From positions 6,820,001 through 6,884,000 of the forward strand of contig CM022669.1 of the NCBI GenBank assembly GCA_012295275.1: 64,000 nucleotides of DNA, written 5' to 3'. The notes beneath the pieces are model-generated. The model did no database searches, was not told where the DNA came from, and was given only the letters and a program-made list of their open reading frames with translations. The DNA comes from Chrysomallon squamiferum (Eukaryota; Animalia; Mollusca). Below, piece by piece: positions 1 to 18,449 of the stretch; the stretch's first letter is position 1; each line of letters starts with the position of its first letter. The position numbers and the translations under genes are program-made.

Positions 1-913
1 ATAAATATAATTATATAAAAACAAAAAATTAATGATAACAGTAATTAAAATCCGGTCAGAGAGAGAGAGAGAGAGAGAGAAAAAAAAAAAAAAAAAAAGG
101 ATTACCACAACACACAATAAATTAACGAGTCGACCTCCTCTCTACGAAATAAAACAAACAAACAAAAACGTCGTCCTTGTCTCTCTCAGCATTATCAGAT
201 CCTATCCTCGCAAGCGTTGCCACCCTGTCTCTCCAGCGACTGCCAAGCAAAACGACTGCAGAGCCTGAGAGCCGCTCGTTCGCTGATAGCCCGGCTGTCG
301 AGTCGGTCCCAGCGCGTTACGCAAAACTCGTTGAAAGGAAGGCATTTTACGCATACCATCTATTTACACACGCCAACATAATCTCAACTGGAGTTCCATT
401 CTACACGTTGTATGTATGTATGTATGTATCTACTCAGCGCAAATACACACGATACACCCCGCCACCCAAACGTCAGTGTCCGCTTGCCAAAATAATAAAA
501 AAAAAAAAAAAAAAAAAAGAAGAAATTAAATGAGTGAGAAAGGAACATATATAAATATCTATCAGTTATGAATAACGACTGTCTCAGGTTATTATTTGTC
601 AGGTAACACATATTTTTCACGCATAATATATCAAAGACGTGATAAGAATACTGTAAATTTAAAACATTTATTCTAGCGTGTCTCTCGCTACGACACGATC
701 CGATTATAGACTGATCCCGCAACGCGACACATTACCGAGGCAATTAATTGTATGTCTGTTGATAAACTGAACGTAACAAAACACGAGTGAACGGTTTGCT
801 GGGAATTCACTGACGGGTGTCGGTTGAACTGTGCATACGATTATTTATAGACATTTATCTTGTCACATTTTTCTACCACAGATTAATAAAGTCATAACGT
901 CCTAAGAAGAAAG

Positions 914-958
<45 letters not shown>

Positions 959-1087
959 ATTATTGCTATTGTTCTTCTTGTTGTTTATTTATTTGTTGTT
1001 TGATTTGTTTTACGTGGTGTTCTTTTACATAAAAACGTTATTAAAATGATTATGAAAATATTATGAATATTTTGTTTGTTTATATCC

Positions 1088-2467
<1,380 letters not shown>

Positions 2468-4324
2468 CAGTATATTTTTTAATATGAAAACATCAGGATA
2501 AAAATTATTTCGACAAGTGCTAAAGTAATGATATTGATAATCAAAATTGTTACTCTTTATTTTTATTATTATTTGTTTGTTTATTTTGCCTCAAAACTAC
2601 ACTCTCTACTTGATCTTTTATGGAGCACCGATTAGATCTGGAAAATCACTAATTAATACGACATGTGGTACTGATCATGCAGCCTTTCCTACCTCAGAGG
2701 AATCAGATTACTGCAGTTTTCACAGAAAAATCACAGTTAGTAAATAAAAATTAATAGAAATATGCGTCGTGTTTGGTTATTAAAAGGAAAAAAATAAAAA
2801 AAAAAAAAAAGCATCCTGCTGATATTTTTTTAAGTATTACATCTGTCACATTGAAATATTATTAAAATGTGGGTGTTGAGCTCAATCGGTTAGATGATTC
2901 ATGGAGATTATTATAAAACATCTTTAGGCGTCAACATTTATTTTTTTATTAATTATTATTATTAGGAATATTTTTAAATTTTTTTTTTTTTTTTTTTTTA
3001 AATCTTTTAAAAAGAAAAGAAAAGAAAACGATCTGACGCAATTCCCTTTAAAAAAAAAATGCCTGTGATGCAAAACATGTATATATATATATATAGCCTA
3101 AGGAAATTTGGTGTACTTTCTTTTGAATATTTTATTTTTAATTATAACCTGGGGGCAATTCTCTGCTAATAAAATACTGTAATAATCAGAGAAAAAACCC
3201 ACACAAAACGAAGGAAAAAAAAACCCACAAAATAAACAGCAGCACTTTCATCGAGTCTTTAAAACGTCCTTTATTAATTTTTAAAATGAATGTTATATAT
3301 TTTTTTTTTTCTTCTTCTTCTTTATTTGTTTATATGTATGTGCTTGCTTGTATAGACATAATTCTGTGACGTAAATAAAAATATAAAGAATTGTGAACGT
3401 TTTTGCATTTTTATAAATTATTTATTAATTTATGCTTAAGTACCTGCATGATCAATAAATAAGTAATTGATCATTTAATTTGTTTTATTTCAGCAGAAGA
3501 CTGAAGTTTCGAATTCAAGAAAAAAAAAATAATAAGCGAAATAATTATTAATGTTATTATTAAAAGGAAAAAAAATCTATAGTACAAAACATTTAAACAT
3601 ACTTTTATTTATTTTACAAGTATCTTTGTTATAAGAACGTTAACTTAGTTTTTATAATTACTATATAGAAATATTCATAGTCTGCTCTGTTAGCATTGCA
3701 TGCGATGCATTTTAAAACTGTTACTGGCAAAGACTGGTCACCTGTGAAAAGTTAAAAAAAAACCTCTCAGAACGTTCAGTCTATTTCTTACCATCGTAAC
3801 GAGCACGCTTCTCAACAAAACAAGAGTGTTGTAACTGAAATTACAACGTCTGAAATTACAGAAAACCCGGTGAATTTAAAAACGACGATAAATAAATTCA
3901 TATCTAGTTAATTTTGATGTCTGAGATTTATGCCGCGACCTCAGATCCTGCCTTTAAATGGTTTATTACTGTGATAACATGATTTATATGGTAATGAACA
4001 AACGGAGATGAAACGACTAACAAGAGGTTTATTGTTTGCACGAAAGTTTATTTCCGAAATATGACGACAATTGTCGTAACTCGAAGCTACTATTATCTAA
4101 ACATTACTTCGAAAATACACTCTCATCTTCTGCTGCATGTTTCACATGTCAGTAAAGTCAGATCTTTTTGAAATCTAAAACAGGGTGTTATCTGATATAC
4201 ATATACATACACTTATGAAATGATGTAATTATTCAGTGGCGGGCACATATATAATAGTATGGTATGTTAAAACTGCATATTGTATGCTGCATCTGTTTGT
4301 GTACGTACACACAAAGCCATATAA

Positions 4325-4416
<92 letters not shown>

Positions 4417-4673
4417 GTTTTATTTTTTATCTATTTTTATTTATAAATTTATTTATTTATATATTAAGTATCATTTTGTTTGTTTCTGTACGACACCATC
4501 ACATTATTCCCAGGCAGGGACCCATAAATATCTTAGAACTATAGTGTGGCTAACACAGTGTATACATTTTTCATGTGTAAACTTTAAAGATTCACCACTT
4601 AGTGGACTAACAGGTTATTAAAATATTCTTAACATAGTGTGGAAAGGGGCAAAGGAGTTAATTCCCTTCCACA

Positions 4674-4923
<250 letters not shown>

Positions 4924-5537
4924 TGTGTATGTGTGTTTGTGAGGGGAATCTAGAGATAACAAGCTGAGAGACAGAAACATAATAAACTAAGAGATCATCA
5001 ACAATAAAAGAAAACATCAAAAAAAAAAAAAAAAAAAAAAAAAAAGAAAACATGTTAAAAGAGATAGATAGACAGATAAACGGAGGGTTGAGAAAAAGAA
5101 TTATGCAATCCATAATCATCATCTTCTTATCAGATTCTGACACTGCATGATGCGACTAACAAACGATTTATCGTCTGCTTTCCTTTCTAAATCTGTGTCA
5201 GACGACAAAAGGAATGAAAGCAGACGTCATTAAGCTATCAGACAGATAGCGAGAGGAAACCTCCCCATACTGCAATCAGGCAGCTCAGTGACAAGAACTG
5301 TTCACGTCTGTGCGAACAAAGATAAAAGTGATGTCTATACTGAGACTTAGAGCGATCATCTGTAACAATAATAGGTGAAGTTTCGCTTGATTCATGCTAA
5401 CAAGAAATTTGATGATGGGAATAAAATGTAATGTAGATAGGTATAGAAATCTGCATCCCGATAAGATTATAAAGATCACGATGATCATCAAATTGAGCTT
5501 CATTTTATCATTCGAATTATCATCATCATCATCATCA

Positions 5538-5581
<44 letters not shown>

Positions 5582-8500
5582 GTTGTTGTTGTTGTTATCA
5601 TCATCATCATTATCACTATAAATTATTACATATTGGGACTACTGTCTATCAAGAACTTAATTTTTTTTTTTTTTTTTTTTGGAGTGGGTGTTGTTAATAT
5701 CTATTACTTGGACATATAACTTCAATATACAAATTATAATCTGGTGAATAACACGAACTCTCGAACCTTAAATCTGCTATTCAGAATGGATATGATATTG
5801 TTTATCCGCTCTGACACGAGGGCTAAACTTGTATGAAAACTAGCAAAAGACACCATTGTTCCCAAACACCAAAACAAGAGACGAAAACTCCTCCCGGGCC
5901 CGGACCCGTGAAAACCTTAGTGCATCATCATCATCATCATCACCTCCACCGCTGCAGAAAGAAGCAACACAAACAAACACGTCTCTACGCAACGTATCTC
6001 TCGTCACACAAGATAAGAAATAATAACACATCTTTCAAAAACATTTCTGTCGCACGTTTATTAGAGTAAGGCCATGGGAGTCTCGAGAAATAATTGAACA
6101 AACAAGATTCCTTTCAAAGCTGCTGCTCGCCGAGTTTGTTTTTGCCGTGTGGAGGATGAGGGTGATGAAAAGAAGCAATATGGACACGCGTTCGTTTCGA
6201 GTCGTGAAAGAGGATTATAAATCTGTTATTTTGCGAGGGTTTTAGGTTTTTTTTTTTTTTTTTCTTTAGCAGAATCCTCGCTGATTTCCTGAACGGAAGA
6301 GGACAAAGAGAAAATTTAGCAGACGAGAAGATAAACTAATGTCGTCTGCTACATTAAAATTTTGGAAAAAAAAAAAAAAAAAAAAAAAACAAAGGTTTGT
6401 GTGAGAGTGATTGAAAGAAGAAGAAAATGAAAAGAAGAAAAGAATAACCAGGAACAGAGAACGCAGGATTTAATAAACCAGAAGAAGGTATGTGTGATAG
6501 AAACGGAAAAAAGGAAAAGAAAAATAAGAAAACGAGCCAAACCGATACCAGAACCTAAAAAGCAAAAAAAAAAAAAAAAAAAAAAAAAAGCTATGGTTTC
6601 TGGCTTAATTACCATGGCTATATTCCAAGGTTTGAATATGATATAATTTTATCTGCGAATTAACGAAATGATGCAGGAAAACCCAGAAAAGCTCTGTAAC
6701 CTTGAAACAAAGCGATAATGGGATACAACCTTAGTCATACAGTGCAGAGAATTAGAAAGTTAGTGAGATAATTGTATTAGTCACACAGTGAATTACAGAG
6801 CTGTCACAATTTTCAGCCAGCGCATTAACAAAATGATATATTAATAAAATAATAAAAGACAACAATCATATCACCGACTGTCATGATTAACTCATCTCTT
6901 TTGCTTTATATATATTCCTACACATTCCTCGGAGAATAATAACAAAAAAACACAAAAAAAACCTTCATGATCGACGTCTTCAAATTTCGACGTCAGGTAA
7001 ATCATCGCCATCGGCAACTGCTGGAAACTACGGCACAGTGAGGTAGAGACTAACGACTGTGAGTAAAGTGGCGACAGTTTTATTACTCGAGTTTATGATC
7101 TTTGTGATCAGAACGCCGGCCTCGCTTCTCGATCTGTGTTTTCTCGCTGCGTTGTTATCGCGACTGAGTTGAGTTCAGAAAATAACGACTGTATAACAAG
7201 TTCGTTATTCGACATTGCTGACATTGCCGCCATGCCATTAAGATAAAAACTCAGATACTGTACAGAAGAAAAAAACAAAAACAGTGTATAAAATACATAC
7301 ATCTTGTTGTTAAGTCTTATTATATATATATGTTGTGGGAAAATAACTCTGCGGAAATGAAGTCTCAATTTTGCAGATAGATACACTAACATGTGCAGAC
7401 AAACATACATAGTTACAGGCAAAAATACATTCATGCATACATTAATACATACATACATCCACACGAACACACACACATATATCCAATCAATAGTACATAC
7501 ATACATTCTATATTATATCATAGTGTCTCACTATTTTACTTCTGTATTATAGTGTCTCACTATTTCACTTCTGTATTATATCGTACAGTCTCACTGTCTC
7601 ACTTCATTATTATACCAATGTCATACTGTTTCACTATCTCAAAGGTTTTAGATGTTGCGAAATAATATACTCATTTCTTAACTAACTGATAAACATCTGG
7701 GACTAGTCCAGGGCAGGATTTCAAGTTAGGACAATCCCTGCTGTGGATGATGGGAACAATTATGTGTGTACTGTAAACAGGCGCCTATTATAGCACTTAA
7801 GAAAATAAATCTTAATGCGTGCGGCTGATAATGTTTGAGGTGTGGAGTTTTATCATAATTTATTTAGGTTTAATAAAGTACAGATGGAACTGTGTTTGTT
7901 TATGTGTACTGATCTAATTCTTCTTAATACAAACAGAACAGGATTTAATCTTTAGAACACAACACGTAACAAACAATGAACAATAATGTTAGCGATAGTT
8001 TTCGTTTTAACTAAATTCGCTGACTTTCTAATTGTGTTCTGAGAGCGTAAGCACATATCCCCATCTGCACACACTTCGTCCATAACACCCAGTCCCTGGT
8101 CCACACCACTCGCAGTCATTTTCGAGTCGCCTGTTACCTCTGAACAAGGCAGATAATTGTTCAAAAGAATTATTTATTAGCAAAAAAATAATGGCTTTTG
8201 TTTGTAAGAAAGTTTAATTAGACAGGGTATCATGAAACGAGAATGATGGTGCTTCTGAAGGTGTTTTCGCGTTGTTGAGTTGGCAGAAGGTCTAGAGTGC
8301 ATGATGGACGTGTCCGCGTGTCTTTTCATGTGTGTGACCAGTTGGGCGTGTCGTCCGGCGGAGGACAGACGGCACGCAGCATGGTGTCTGTAGTAATAGC
8401 GTGACGTGTCACACTACATTACCAGTGTTTTGAAATCTTGTTATTTCTTTTCAGTCCAAAAACCTTCTCGGAATGTCATCAGTTTTCAGACGTGTAAATG

Positions 8501-9907
8501 TTAATTAGCTGAGAGCATGCACAGAAGCTGTCTTCAAGGCGCCCGTATTGCTGGGCGTGAAACTAAAACACAAAGTTAATCAGAGGAAGCCCACGTAGAC
8601 TGTTACACTGCACAGTGGTCAAGATAGATTAAGAGGGAGAGATGAAAAAATATGAGAGATGGTAAAAAAAAAAAAAGAAGAAGAAAACCGACAAAGACCG
8701 AAAAGAGAAAAAGAGAGGAAAAATAGTATTAATGAGAGGAGGAGAAGGAGAAGAAGATTTAAAATATAAAATAAGTAACAATTGAAAAAAAAAAAGGTCT
8801 GTTTTGGCGTATCTAAGTGTGTCTAAGGATTTAATTAGAAGAAAAAAAATGTAGTTTAACTCCATTTGTTTGTCGTATTCTGTTTCCCTGATACAGTTAA
8901 TTCATACTTCTACATAAACACTTCATAATGTACGCTTTCTTTGCATCTTAATTATCTCCACAGAGTTTTTTTTTTCATTTCCTTTTATTCTGATAATGTC
9001 CCCTCTATCATGTTTGTTTTCTCTCTGGTCCACTACAGCTTGTTTAGCCTTGGGGAAACACATTTTTCAATATCCCCCCAAAACGAACAGCCTGGGAAAC
9101 TTCCATTTAGCTTTACCAAACGTCTTCTCTGTGATTAAGTAGGTTTTATGTTCAGGCTTGTTTCTTATTTATATTTACTATACCATGCACGTTTTTATCG
9201 GTCAGACATTGTTACATTAAGATACCCCCTGTGGCTCGTGTCCCTTATCGCGTTAACCCTAACACAGAAACTGGCAAGCCCAGCTGCCTTCTTAAAATAA
9301 TTAATGATGATTTTTTTTCTAAGTTCCTTTTCAGGTGAATAAATTCTTCTATTTTGTTGGTGTTAGTGTCGCGCTTTGCCGAAGCCTCGAGCACGCTACT
9401 TACCGAAGAACGACCCTTTTTGTGAAATAAGTAACAGTATATTGGTTTTCAGAAATAATATACGTGTCTCGTAATTAGTGGGTCGCGGGTAATAAGAGCA
9501 AGCTGTAAAAAAAAAAAAAGATGCCAGTGAAACGAAATGCTAACAATAGACCGAGACTAGCAAAAGAAAACAAAACGCGACACGCGAAATTGAAAACCGG
9601 TGTAGTCGGATTACGATGACGAATATGACGGCCATGTTTAAATGTGTACGGTTACGAATATTTGACGTTTTTTTGACATCTCTAAGCCGTAATAAGCGGG
9701 TGACAAAGAATTATTATCTACAGAGGTCGTAAAAAAATGAAACAGAATCATGTAAATACAGCAATATCGCATAGTGGATAAAGACCACTAAATTATACCC
9801 ATTGAAAAAAAAAAAAAAATGTGTTATTAGCTTCGGTTCACTGGAAAGATGTTTTGAGTTGTGAACGAACAGAAACAAATATAGAAAAGAAGAATTAGAT
9901 GAATTAG

Positions 9908-10030
9908 TTTTATTTTTAGGAAACAGTAACGATAAATAGAGTTTATTATTATTATTATTGCTTCTTTTATTTTTAGTAAACAGTAACGATAAATAGAGTT
10001 TATTATTATTATTATTGCTTCTTTTATTTT
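9908..10030. repeat. Tandem duplication of a ~57-bp unit
   Basis: TTTTATTTTTAG(G/T)AAACAGTAACGATAAATAGAGTTTATTATTATTATTATTGCTTC twice. Confidence 0.9.
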
Positions 10031-10738
10031 TATTATTTATTTATTTATTTGCTTAATAACTTACTTATTTCATTTCATTTTGTTACGGTCAACGTAACTT
10101 TTTTAATCAAATTTACAAACATTTCAATTAGATTTGTATGCAATAAGGACAGTGGAGAAAAAAAAAAAAAAGAATTGTAATTCAAAGAATACAAACTATT
10201 CGAAAGAACACGAAATAAACTAAATTAGCCACAAAATTTAAAATAAAACCTTAAAATATTCCTGTAGAATCCATTTATATTATAATATGCACTGGACTTT
10301 CCTATTAAAAGTATTGAATAAATTAAACATTGCTTTGCATTAGAGAGATATCGTAAACATGGACCAGTAAATATTATAATGTAGATATTTATTTAGCTCT
10401 TAAAACTAGTTACAGAATAAAGAATGCGATATAAAGAGAATCTAAACTCTGATTCTCATTAACTGAAGTAACAAGACTGTTTGCATTTCAACCGTTTCAA
10501 GATCGAATCGTCAAGTAGCAAATACACCGAGAAGAGATTTCTCTCTCTTTCTCTCAACGTGTGGCCCTGATAAAACAATTAATTAAATTTACACCAGCGA
10601 ATTAGAACGATCAATTTCTAAACGATAAACCAACAGCTTCTACCACTCGTTATATACACATACATACTTGAAAATATACTTAGTACTTGAAACTGATTTT
10701 CTCCCTTAAACCCTACTGTCTAAATCTCTTTTTATGAA

Positions 10739-10940
<202 letters not shown>

Positions 10941-11476
10941 GTCTATCTTGGTACATTATAATAGACGTGTGTCTGTTTTGCTCTTTGCCTCTTCCTCTCC
11001 TAACATTTCTTCTGCTCTTCTCGTGTATTTCTTCTCAGAATCGTTTCAGAAATTAGTGTGAGAGCCATTACGATAATTATCCTATTCCCCTAAGCTCCAA
11101 ATTAATCAAACGAGTAACATGATAATATAATTAACTTAAAAGCAGGCAGCGATTGATAGCTGTTTCCATTAGTGTGAAGTCATTACGACCGGCATTTCCG
11201 CTCTTTTTTTTGAAAGACAATCTCCCGTCTCCGGACAAGGAGACACCGATACACTCCGAAATCTCACGAAAGCGCCGACGTCCAAAGACAGTTCGTGACG
11301 TTAATGAGCTGCAGTCACAGATACCCGGATGTTGGATTAAGGCAGCGCATTTCTCCAATAGGTTCTATAGAAACTGAACCTGTAAGATACTTTTCAGTCG
11401 ATTGGATATTTCTGATATTTTTCGATTAAGAGTAAAACAGATAGACAGACAGGCAGACACACAGAGACAGAGAGAG

Positions 11477-11727
<251 letters not shown>

Positions 11728-14559
11728 TTTTCTTAATCTTCTTGTTAAATAAACGAGGAAACGAGACACTGTTTAGAATGTTCTTAAACGCATTCTCCTG
11801 CGGTTTTAAAATATATCGGTTACTATAGCAACAAAACGATATGCACGACTTTGACTGCAGAACGCGGCAGTTAGCGGCATGCGTTTGTCAACATGATGTC
11901 ATGGGTCTGTTTAGCTGTGAACGTAACGAGAAAAGAATTTTCATATAAATTGTGTCAACAGTTGAGAGCTCGCAGCTGTATTTGCTTGGAACTGTATAAT
12001 TACAGCAGCGGTTTCAAACGATGATGAAAAGTATACATGTATGTGAGTGAGTGTGCATCTGTTTTTTCTTCACGTGAAAACACACGTTTCTGAAAAAAAA
12101 GGTATACACGCAGATTTGCACGTTCCTGTAATTTTTATATCGTAAGAAATGTGGCATCAGGAGTTTTGAAAATTTGATAAAATATATGTGGAACTGTGTT
12201 TTTTTTTTTTCTTCGTCATCTTATTAGTAGTAATAGCAGAAATGTAGTAGTAGTAGTAGTAGTAGTGCCTGTTGTAATCCATGGTAGTTACTATTTATTT
12301 TTCCTTTGACTTTTGTTAATTTTCTTTATTATTTTTCTTCTTCTTCTTCTTCTTCTTTATCTTCCCTCATTTCTTCCTCTGCATTCTGCTCTCACTCGTA
12401 ATTTAAAATATTTTTCTTTTTCAATTACAAACTATTTTTTTTCTTCTTCTATTTAAAATTAAATTAAATTTGCCTCACGGGAACACGTTAAAATTAAAAC
12501 GTCTTTCCAGTTCTTATAAATATGTAGATTTAATTAAATCTAAATTTCAGTGCAAGTGTCTAATTTTAGCTTCCAAATGGATCATTACCATAATTCTGTT
12601 GTGCGCAGCTCATTTAAACAGCAATAGGTCGCAAGTTGAATTTCCATTATCGCACACATTTGTTTGGGGTTGAATTTTGTTTCGGGGGATGGGTGGGAGG
12701 TGGGGAGGGGTCTTGTTCCAATCATTGCCCCTCACTGATTTACAGAAGGGCTTGAACTGCTCTCTCTGTGAAAGTTTATATAAAACAACTCCTGCTGATC
12801 ACCATTAGCCATAGTAATATGAGACTAGGGGGTGTTGTTCTTTTCTTCTTTCTTTCTTTCTTTATTTATTTGTGTATTTATTTATTTATTTCATTTATTC
12901 ATTTTCAATATTGTTATATGTTATTATTATTATTATTATTATTGTTGTTATTATTGTCATTAACATTGTTTTGTTATTATTATTACTATTAGTATTATCA
13001 TTATTATTACTGTTGTTGCTTTGTTGTCGTTGTCTTTGTTGTTGTTGTTATTATTATTGTTTTTTGTTGTTGTTATTGTTATTATTATTATTATTGTGTT
13101 CTTAAAACAATTTCTCAGGAGTGGTACATAATAAAATGGTAACATAAAATGAATACACCTTCATTTCGTTTACATTTCGAGAAAATCTTTTAAGGCGTTG
13201 TTAAGTAAATAAAACTGATATTAATTAAAGAAGTGATAATTATAAGTAATCAGAAGACACAGAAAGTAATTTTCGAGGAAGAAACTTTATTTTCAGATAT
13301 TCGATATCTGACTTCGTTCTCGTGTTTAAACGTACCCTCACACATTTATCTGCCAATGTTTTATCTTTCTCTACAAGCTTTCCGCATTTATTTTGTTCCT
13401 TTTAAGTCGTGGCTGATGGAAGAGTGCCATGAATATCTTATTAATCTTGAGGAATACAGCTTCCAGAGTCATTCGGTACCATTAAGATATATGTGTATAC
13501 TACGACTTGTCTGATGTACACGACATACGATAAACCATCGCTACACTAAGTGAACAGCCGCGGCACCAACGGGGTTAAGGCTGATTGACAGGTACTAGGG
13601 GTCAAGAGAAAGCTGTACCAGGAGGAGAAAACAATTTAGTAATCATTAAAGTGTAATCGATTTTGACGTCATCGAAAAGCAAGCAAATAATCATTCGAAA
13701 TAATAACCACATTAACAACAACAACAGTATTAAATGAAATAAGCAAAAAAAAAAAAAAAAAAAAAAAAAAATTTATGTATTTATAATCAAGACAAAACTA
13801 AATGAATAAACACAAGAACCACAGAAATTCCTGAAGGTTTAAAGGTTAAAGAGATTTAGCAAACAAACCGGTTAAAGAAAGAAAGGGAAAATATTGCATA
13901 AGAATGTCTAAAAAAAAAAAAAAAAAAATGTCAACATATTTATTTCAACCACCCCATAAGGAAAAGCTCATTAAAAAAAAAAAAAACGAACAAAAAACAA
14001 ACTTAAATTATGCAGTTGTCATTGTATATACAGTCCCACTGTTTTTATTAGCCTGTCACTCCTGTTTTTGTGTGTTCCCTCGCAGTATGGTCGGATATAA
14101 ACATAAAAACGATTCCTCTGTTTGTATAGCCATTCCAATAAGCCCATACGTTATAAACAAAACATATAGAGTAGCTTGTTACGGTTAAGAGTCTACGCCT
14201 CCCATCGCTAATGACTGGTACCAGTCAAGCTTGTAACGGTTTCCAGATGACGGGAAACAGTCGATCGTTACGCCATTTTCTCCGGTTTCTCGGAAAGAGT
14301 CGTGAAAATAAAAACAATCTTTCTCCCCCTTCCCCTGCCGCATTTACAAAAATAAAAACAAATTCTCGTTTTTAACTGGTTGTAATGGATGGATTTCCAG
14401 TTTTATTACTTCACAGAAGTAAGGTTTGTTGTACTTTTATTTTAAAGTCGAAGTTCGCTGAATTTGCGAAAAAAAAAAACAGGCAGAGAAAGAAATGTTT
14501 TCATTAGTCTTTTGAATTTTATTTTAATTTATTTTAATTTTAATGTTTATTTTTTATTT

Positions 14560-14619
<60 letters not shown>

Positions 14620-14691
14620 ACACAGTACAAAATAAAATCTGATTTGACAAATGATTTAACAAAATACTACTACTACTACTACTACTACTAC

Positions 14692-14722
<31 letters not shown>

Positions 14723-16807
14723 ATAAAAAAAAAAAAAAATATATAAACAAATTAAAAAAACTTTTCACATGCCTTGAATATTTCTTTGTAATGGTATTTT
14801 TAGAAACTTAATCTCACACACTAGATGCTGCTGTTGCCCCTGACAAATATCATCTTTCCTGCATCGGAATTAATAGGCAAAATCAGATCAAGATAGGAGC
14901 AGGAAACGTTTCCGAAAATAACACAGTGAATCCTCTCCTCGGGCAATCCAAGTGCGAAATCAAAAGAACGTAACAACAGCATAAAACATAATTTGTGTAT
15001 GTTATCACGGGACAGACGGTTTTGAGATCGGACGGACTGTTATGAAATCGGGTATCACCGTGAAGGAATGTTATATCTTCGGGTATCATCTTTACCACGG
15101 GCAAACCTTTGTAGACCATGAACCTCTTCATGGAATCTGTGATCTCAAGTCGACCGCCAACACGTGAAATAAATAAATAAATAAATAAATAAATAAACGT
15201 TATTTGTAATAACAGTCTCTATTCAAAGGTAATTATTTCTTAGCCCTTTTCTTTCATTACTGATTCTCGATTCAATTCTTTTTACCTTTTCGATTTTTAT
15301 TTTATTTTATTTTATTTGTCCTTCTCAGTTAATATTTCTGTTCCTATTGCACCTTTTGTCCCATAGACAGATATATCAGCCACTAGTATCGTCCCATCGA
15401 CCTCCTGATTTTAACAGAATAATTATTATGTTTGATAATCTTTGATAATCTTTGATAGAATGCTTATAAACTGGAAAAAGTTGGACGGCCGATTAGCAAA
15501 TGATTCAACTGTTTGACAAACTATTTTTAAATTGGATAGAATTATTTTGCGAGAAATACAAGTATGTAACACCGTTCTATGCCCAGCTAAAAATGACATT
15601 TTTTTTTTTTAGAGAAAATGGAGGTTTTAGTACTGGTCTGTATGCACGTCTTGTGTGTGTTTGGGTTAAGGCGATGTGTCATATATTCTCAGGTTTGTTT
15701 CTTAATATGGAAAAATGTCACGCTATTAAATCAAAAAGACAAAACTCAATTCATTATAGTCTGAGCATATTTGTCTTTTACGTGGAATTACTTTCTAAAA
15801 TTTCACTTTTTATTTTAGAAATTGCGTTTGTTTCAGGTTTTCTTTTAATTTCTTTCTTTTTTAACTTCTTTCTTTTTTTTTTTTTTTTTTTTCTTTTTTT
15901 CAAATAATATTCGATACTTTCAGGCATCTGTTTGTCCATCTGTCTCTTTGAAGCTGTCTGTGTAATTCTACATCTGTCTGTCTGTCTGTCTGTCCATCTA
16001 AATTTTTATTTTTCTAGTTATCAGTGTCTGTGTGTGTGCGAATCCGTTTTATTTTTATCGATGTATGTATATGATATAAAATATAGATATGTCTACATCT
16101 ATCTATATTAAAATATTTGTCTTTCCGTCTATCTAAAATGTATTTATATTCAAATATATCAATATCCTTCCAGCAAATTGCATACCAGTCTATTTATAAA
16201 TATGTGTATTTATATATTTCTCCCTTCTTGTGTGTTTTGTGTATAAAATATATCAAATTATAAACAAAACTTCTGCGAGGAACATCAAATCTAACACAGG
16301 TTATACACATGTCAGTCAACTGGAAGGTTTCTCTACACGTAAACTGACAGCGGGTATAAAAAAAAAAATGAAGTGTGTTTGGTTTTTACTGGATTTTTAA
16401 AATGTTTCTTTTCAATCACGAAATTCGCGTATACTTTTTCTAGCATGACCTTATCACCTCCAGAAACAACATATTTAGTGTGTGTGTGTGTGTCTGCACT
16501 GGATAACATACGTTTCCACAGATTTATTTTCAAAACCATATTTTCTTACACAAAATAATTTACAAAATGTTACGAATCTTGAATAAATTTGTCTTTGAAG
16601 GACCTAACACAGCGTAACTACTCAAACCCAGCACGCTGGGTTAATGTGAATCTGACATGGGAGTATTCTGTGTTCAGACATTTTAATTTCCTCTAGAATG
16701 GTGCCTTCGAAATGCTTTCGCGGGGTATGGCGACAGTAACCAGTAATTTTCCAGCTGTTCTATTTTGACCTGAAAATTAATTAAATTTGATAATATTATA
16801 AATACAT

Positions 16808-16885
<78 letters not shown>

Positions 16886-16983
16886 TCTTTTTTATTTATT
16901 TTTGTTTTTTTGGTGGACAATTTTAGTATTATTTTATTTATTTATTTATTATTATTTATTATTAGTATTAGTAGTATTATTAT

Positions 16984-17032
<49 letters not shown>

Positions 17033-18449
17033 TGTAGTAATGGTACTATTAAATATATTGTTTATTATGAACATAAGTCTTTTTTCTCCAATGTTTTGCA
17101 TTCAATTATGTTTTTGTATTTATTTTGTATTTTTTATTTATTTATTTATTTTTTGTATTATTTTTGTATTATCGCCAACGTGTATAATGTTTAATTTTGA
17201 AAATTGCCATAGTTTCAAAATTAATATCGCTTTATAGGCAGAATGAACGAAGTCATATCGTTAGAATGAGTAACATGGTCATAGTATCAAATTTAATTAC
17301 GTTGAAGAAGAATCAAAATTAACGATATCACCATAGCAACAAAACGAATGACGTCATTGCAAATTCACTGACGTTCCACATGGTCCAGATGCATGGAAAT
17401 ATTATTTGATCCACAAAATTCACAGTAATTATAAATAAATAAATAAATAAATAAATAAAATAAAATAAAATAAAATAAAATAAAATAAAATATCTAATGT
17501 TTAGCAAGAACAATGCAAATGACACGATCAGTTTTCAAATAAAATGATTTACTTCTTTATTCCGTGCCTTGGTAACATTTTAATGCTTCTTTTTTTAACA
17601 AGATGACAATTTTAGATTTTTGTAAATTTACAAACTGCTGACGAGATGACATCGCTTCCTGTGATAAAAATAATTCTTCGGATTATATGAGTAGAAACAC
17701 GTTTGTTCGTCTCTTGTCTCTCTCTTCCTTGGTAAATTCCTCTCAGCGCACCACACGATGGCGCCAGTGGTAGAGAATAATGTCTGACTAGTGTAAGTAA
17801 ATACAAGAAAAACAATGTGTTTCCGCGACAAGTGAAATAGTTGGTCGTGAAGTGGTATTTCATGTATGTTGTATACTGAAACTAACACCATGTGAGGTTC
17901 TCCGTAATAAAGAGAAATTTGGAAATACATTAAATGTTACGAGGTTAATAGAGATATAGAGATTTTCATTGGTATTTGTGTGCATGAGTCTGTGTGTGTG
18001 TCTGTCTGTATGTATGTATTTATTTATTTATGTATGAATGCATAAATGCATGTATCAGTCCATTTATTTATTTATTCATTTATTTATTCATTCATTCATT
18101 CTTTCAGTCATTCATTCTTTCGCTCGTTCATTTATTATGTCTATACTTGAACACACCAGAATATTTTTTGAGAAAATTCATCTTCTCTTTCTCTCTTTCT
18201 TTCTCTTTGTTTTCTCGCATTCACACGCTCCCGCCGCCCATTTTCAAGCTTGTAATTACGTTTAAAACATTCACGCATAAATAAGCGACTTACGAAGTTC
18301 AAGCTCGGGTTAAAACTGTTTGATTTTCTTACCTCGTTAGACAGGACGCTAACACACGAAACAGACAACAAACTGCATCACCGTGAAACGACACGAGACA
18401 GTCGAAATTGTGTGAGGACTGGAGGTGAACTGAAAATATCTCACTCGTT

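Noticed and set aside
13555-13580. GGGGTTAA end suggestive of a piggyBac terminus
   Set aside because: No matching opposite terminus found.
14883-15131. 82-aa minus-strand ORF in complex sequence (also 177-533 and 36909-37202)
   Set aside because: No recognisable domain and no convincing flanking splice sites or partner exons.
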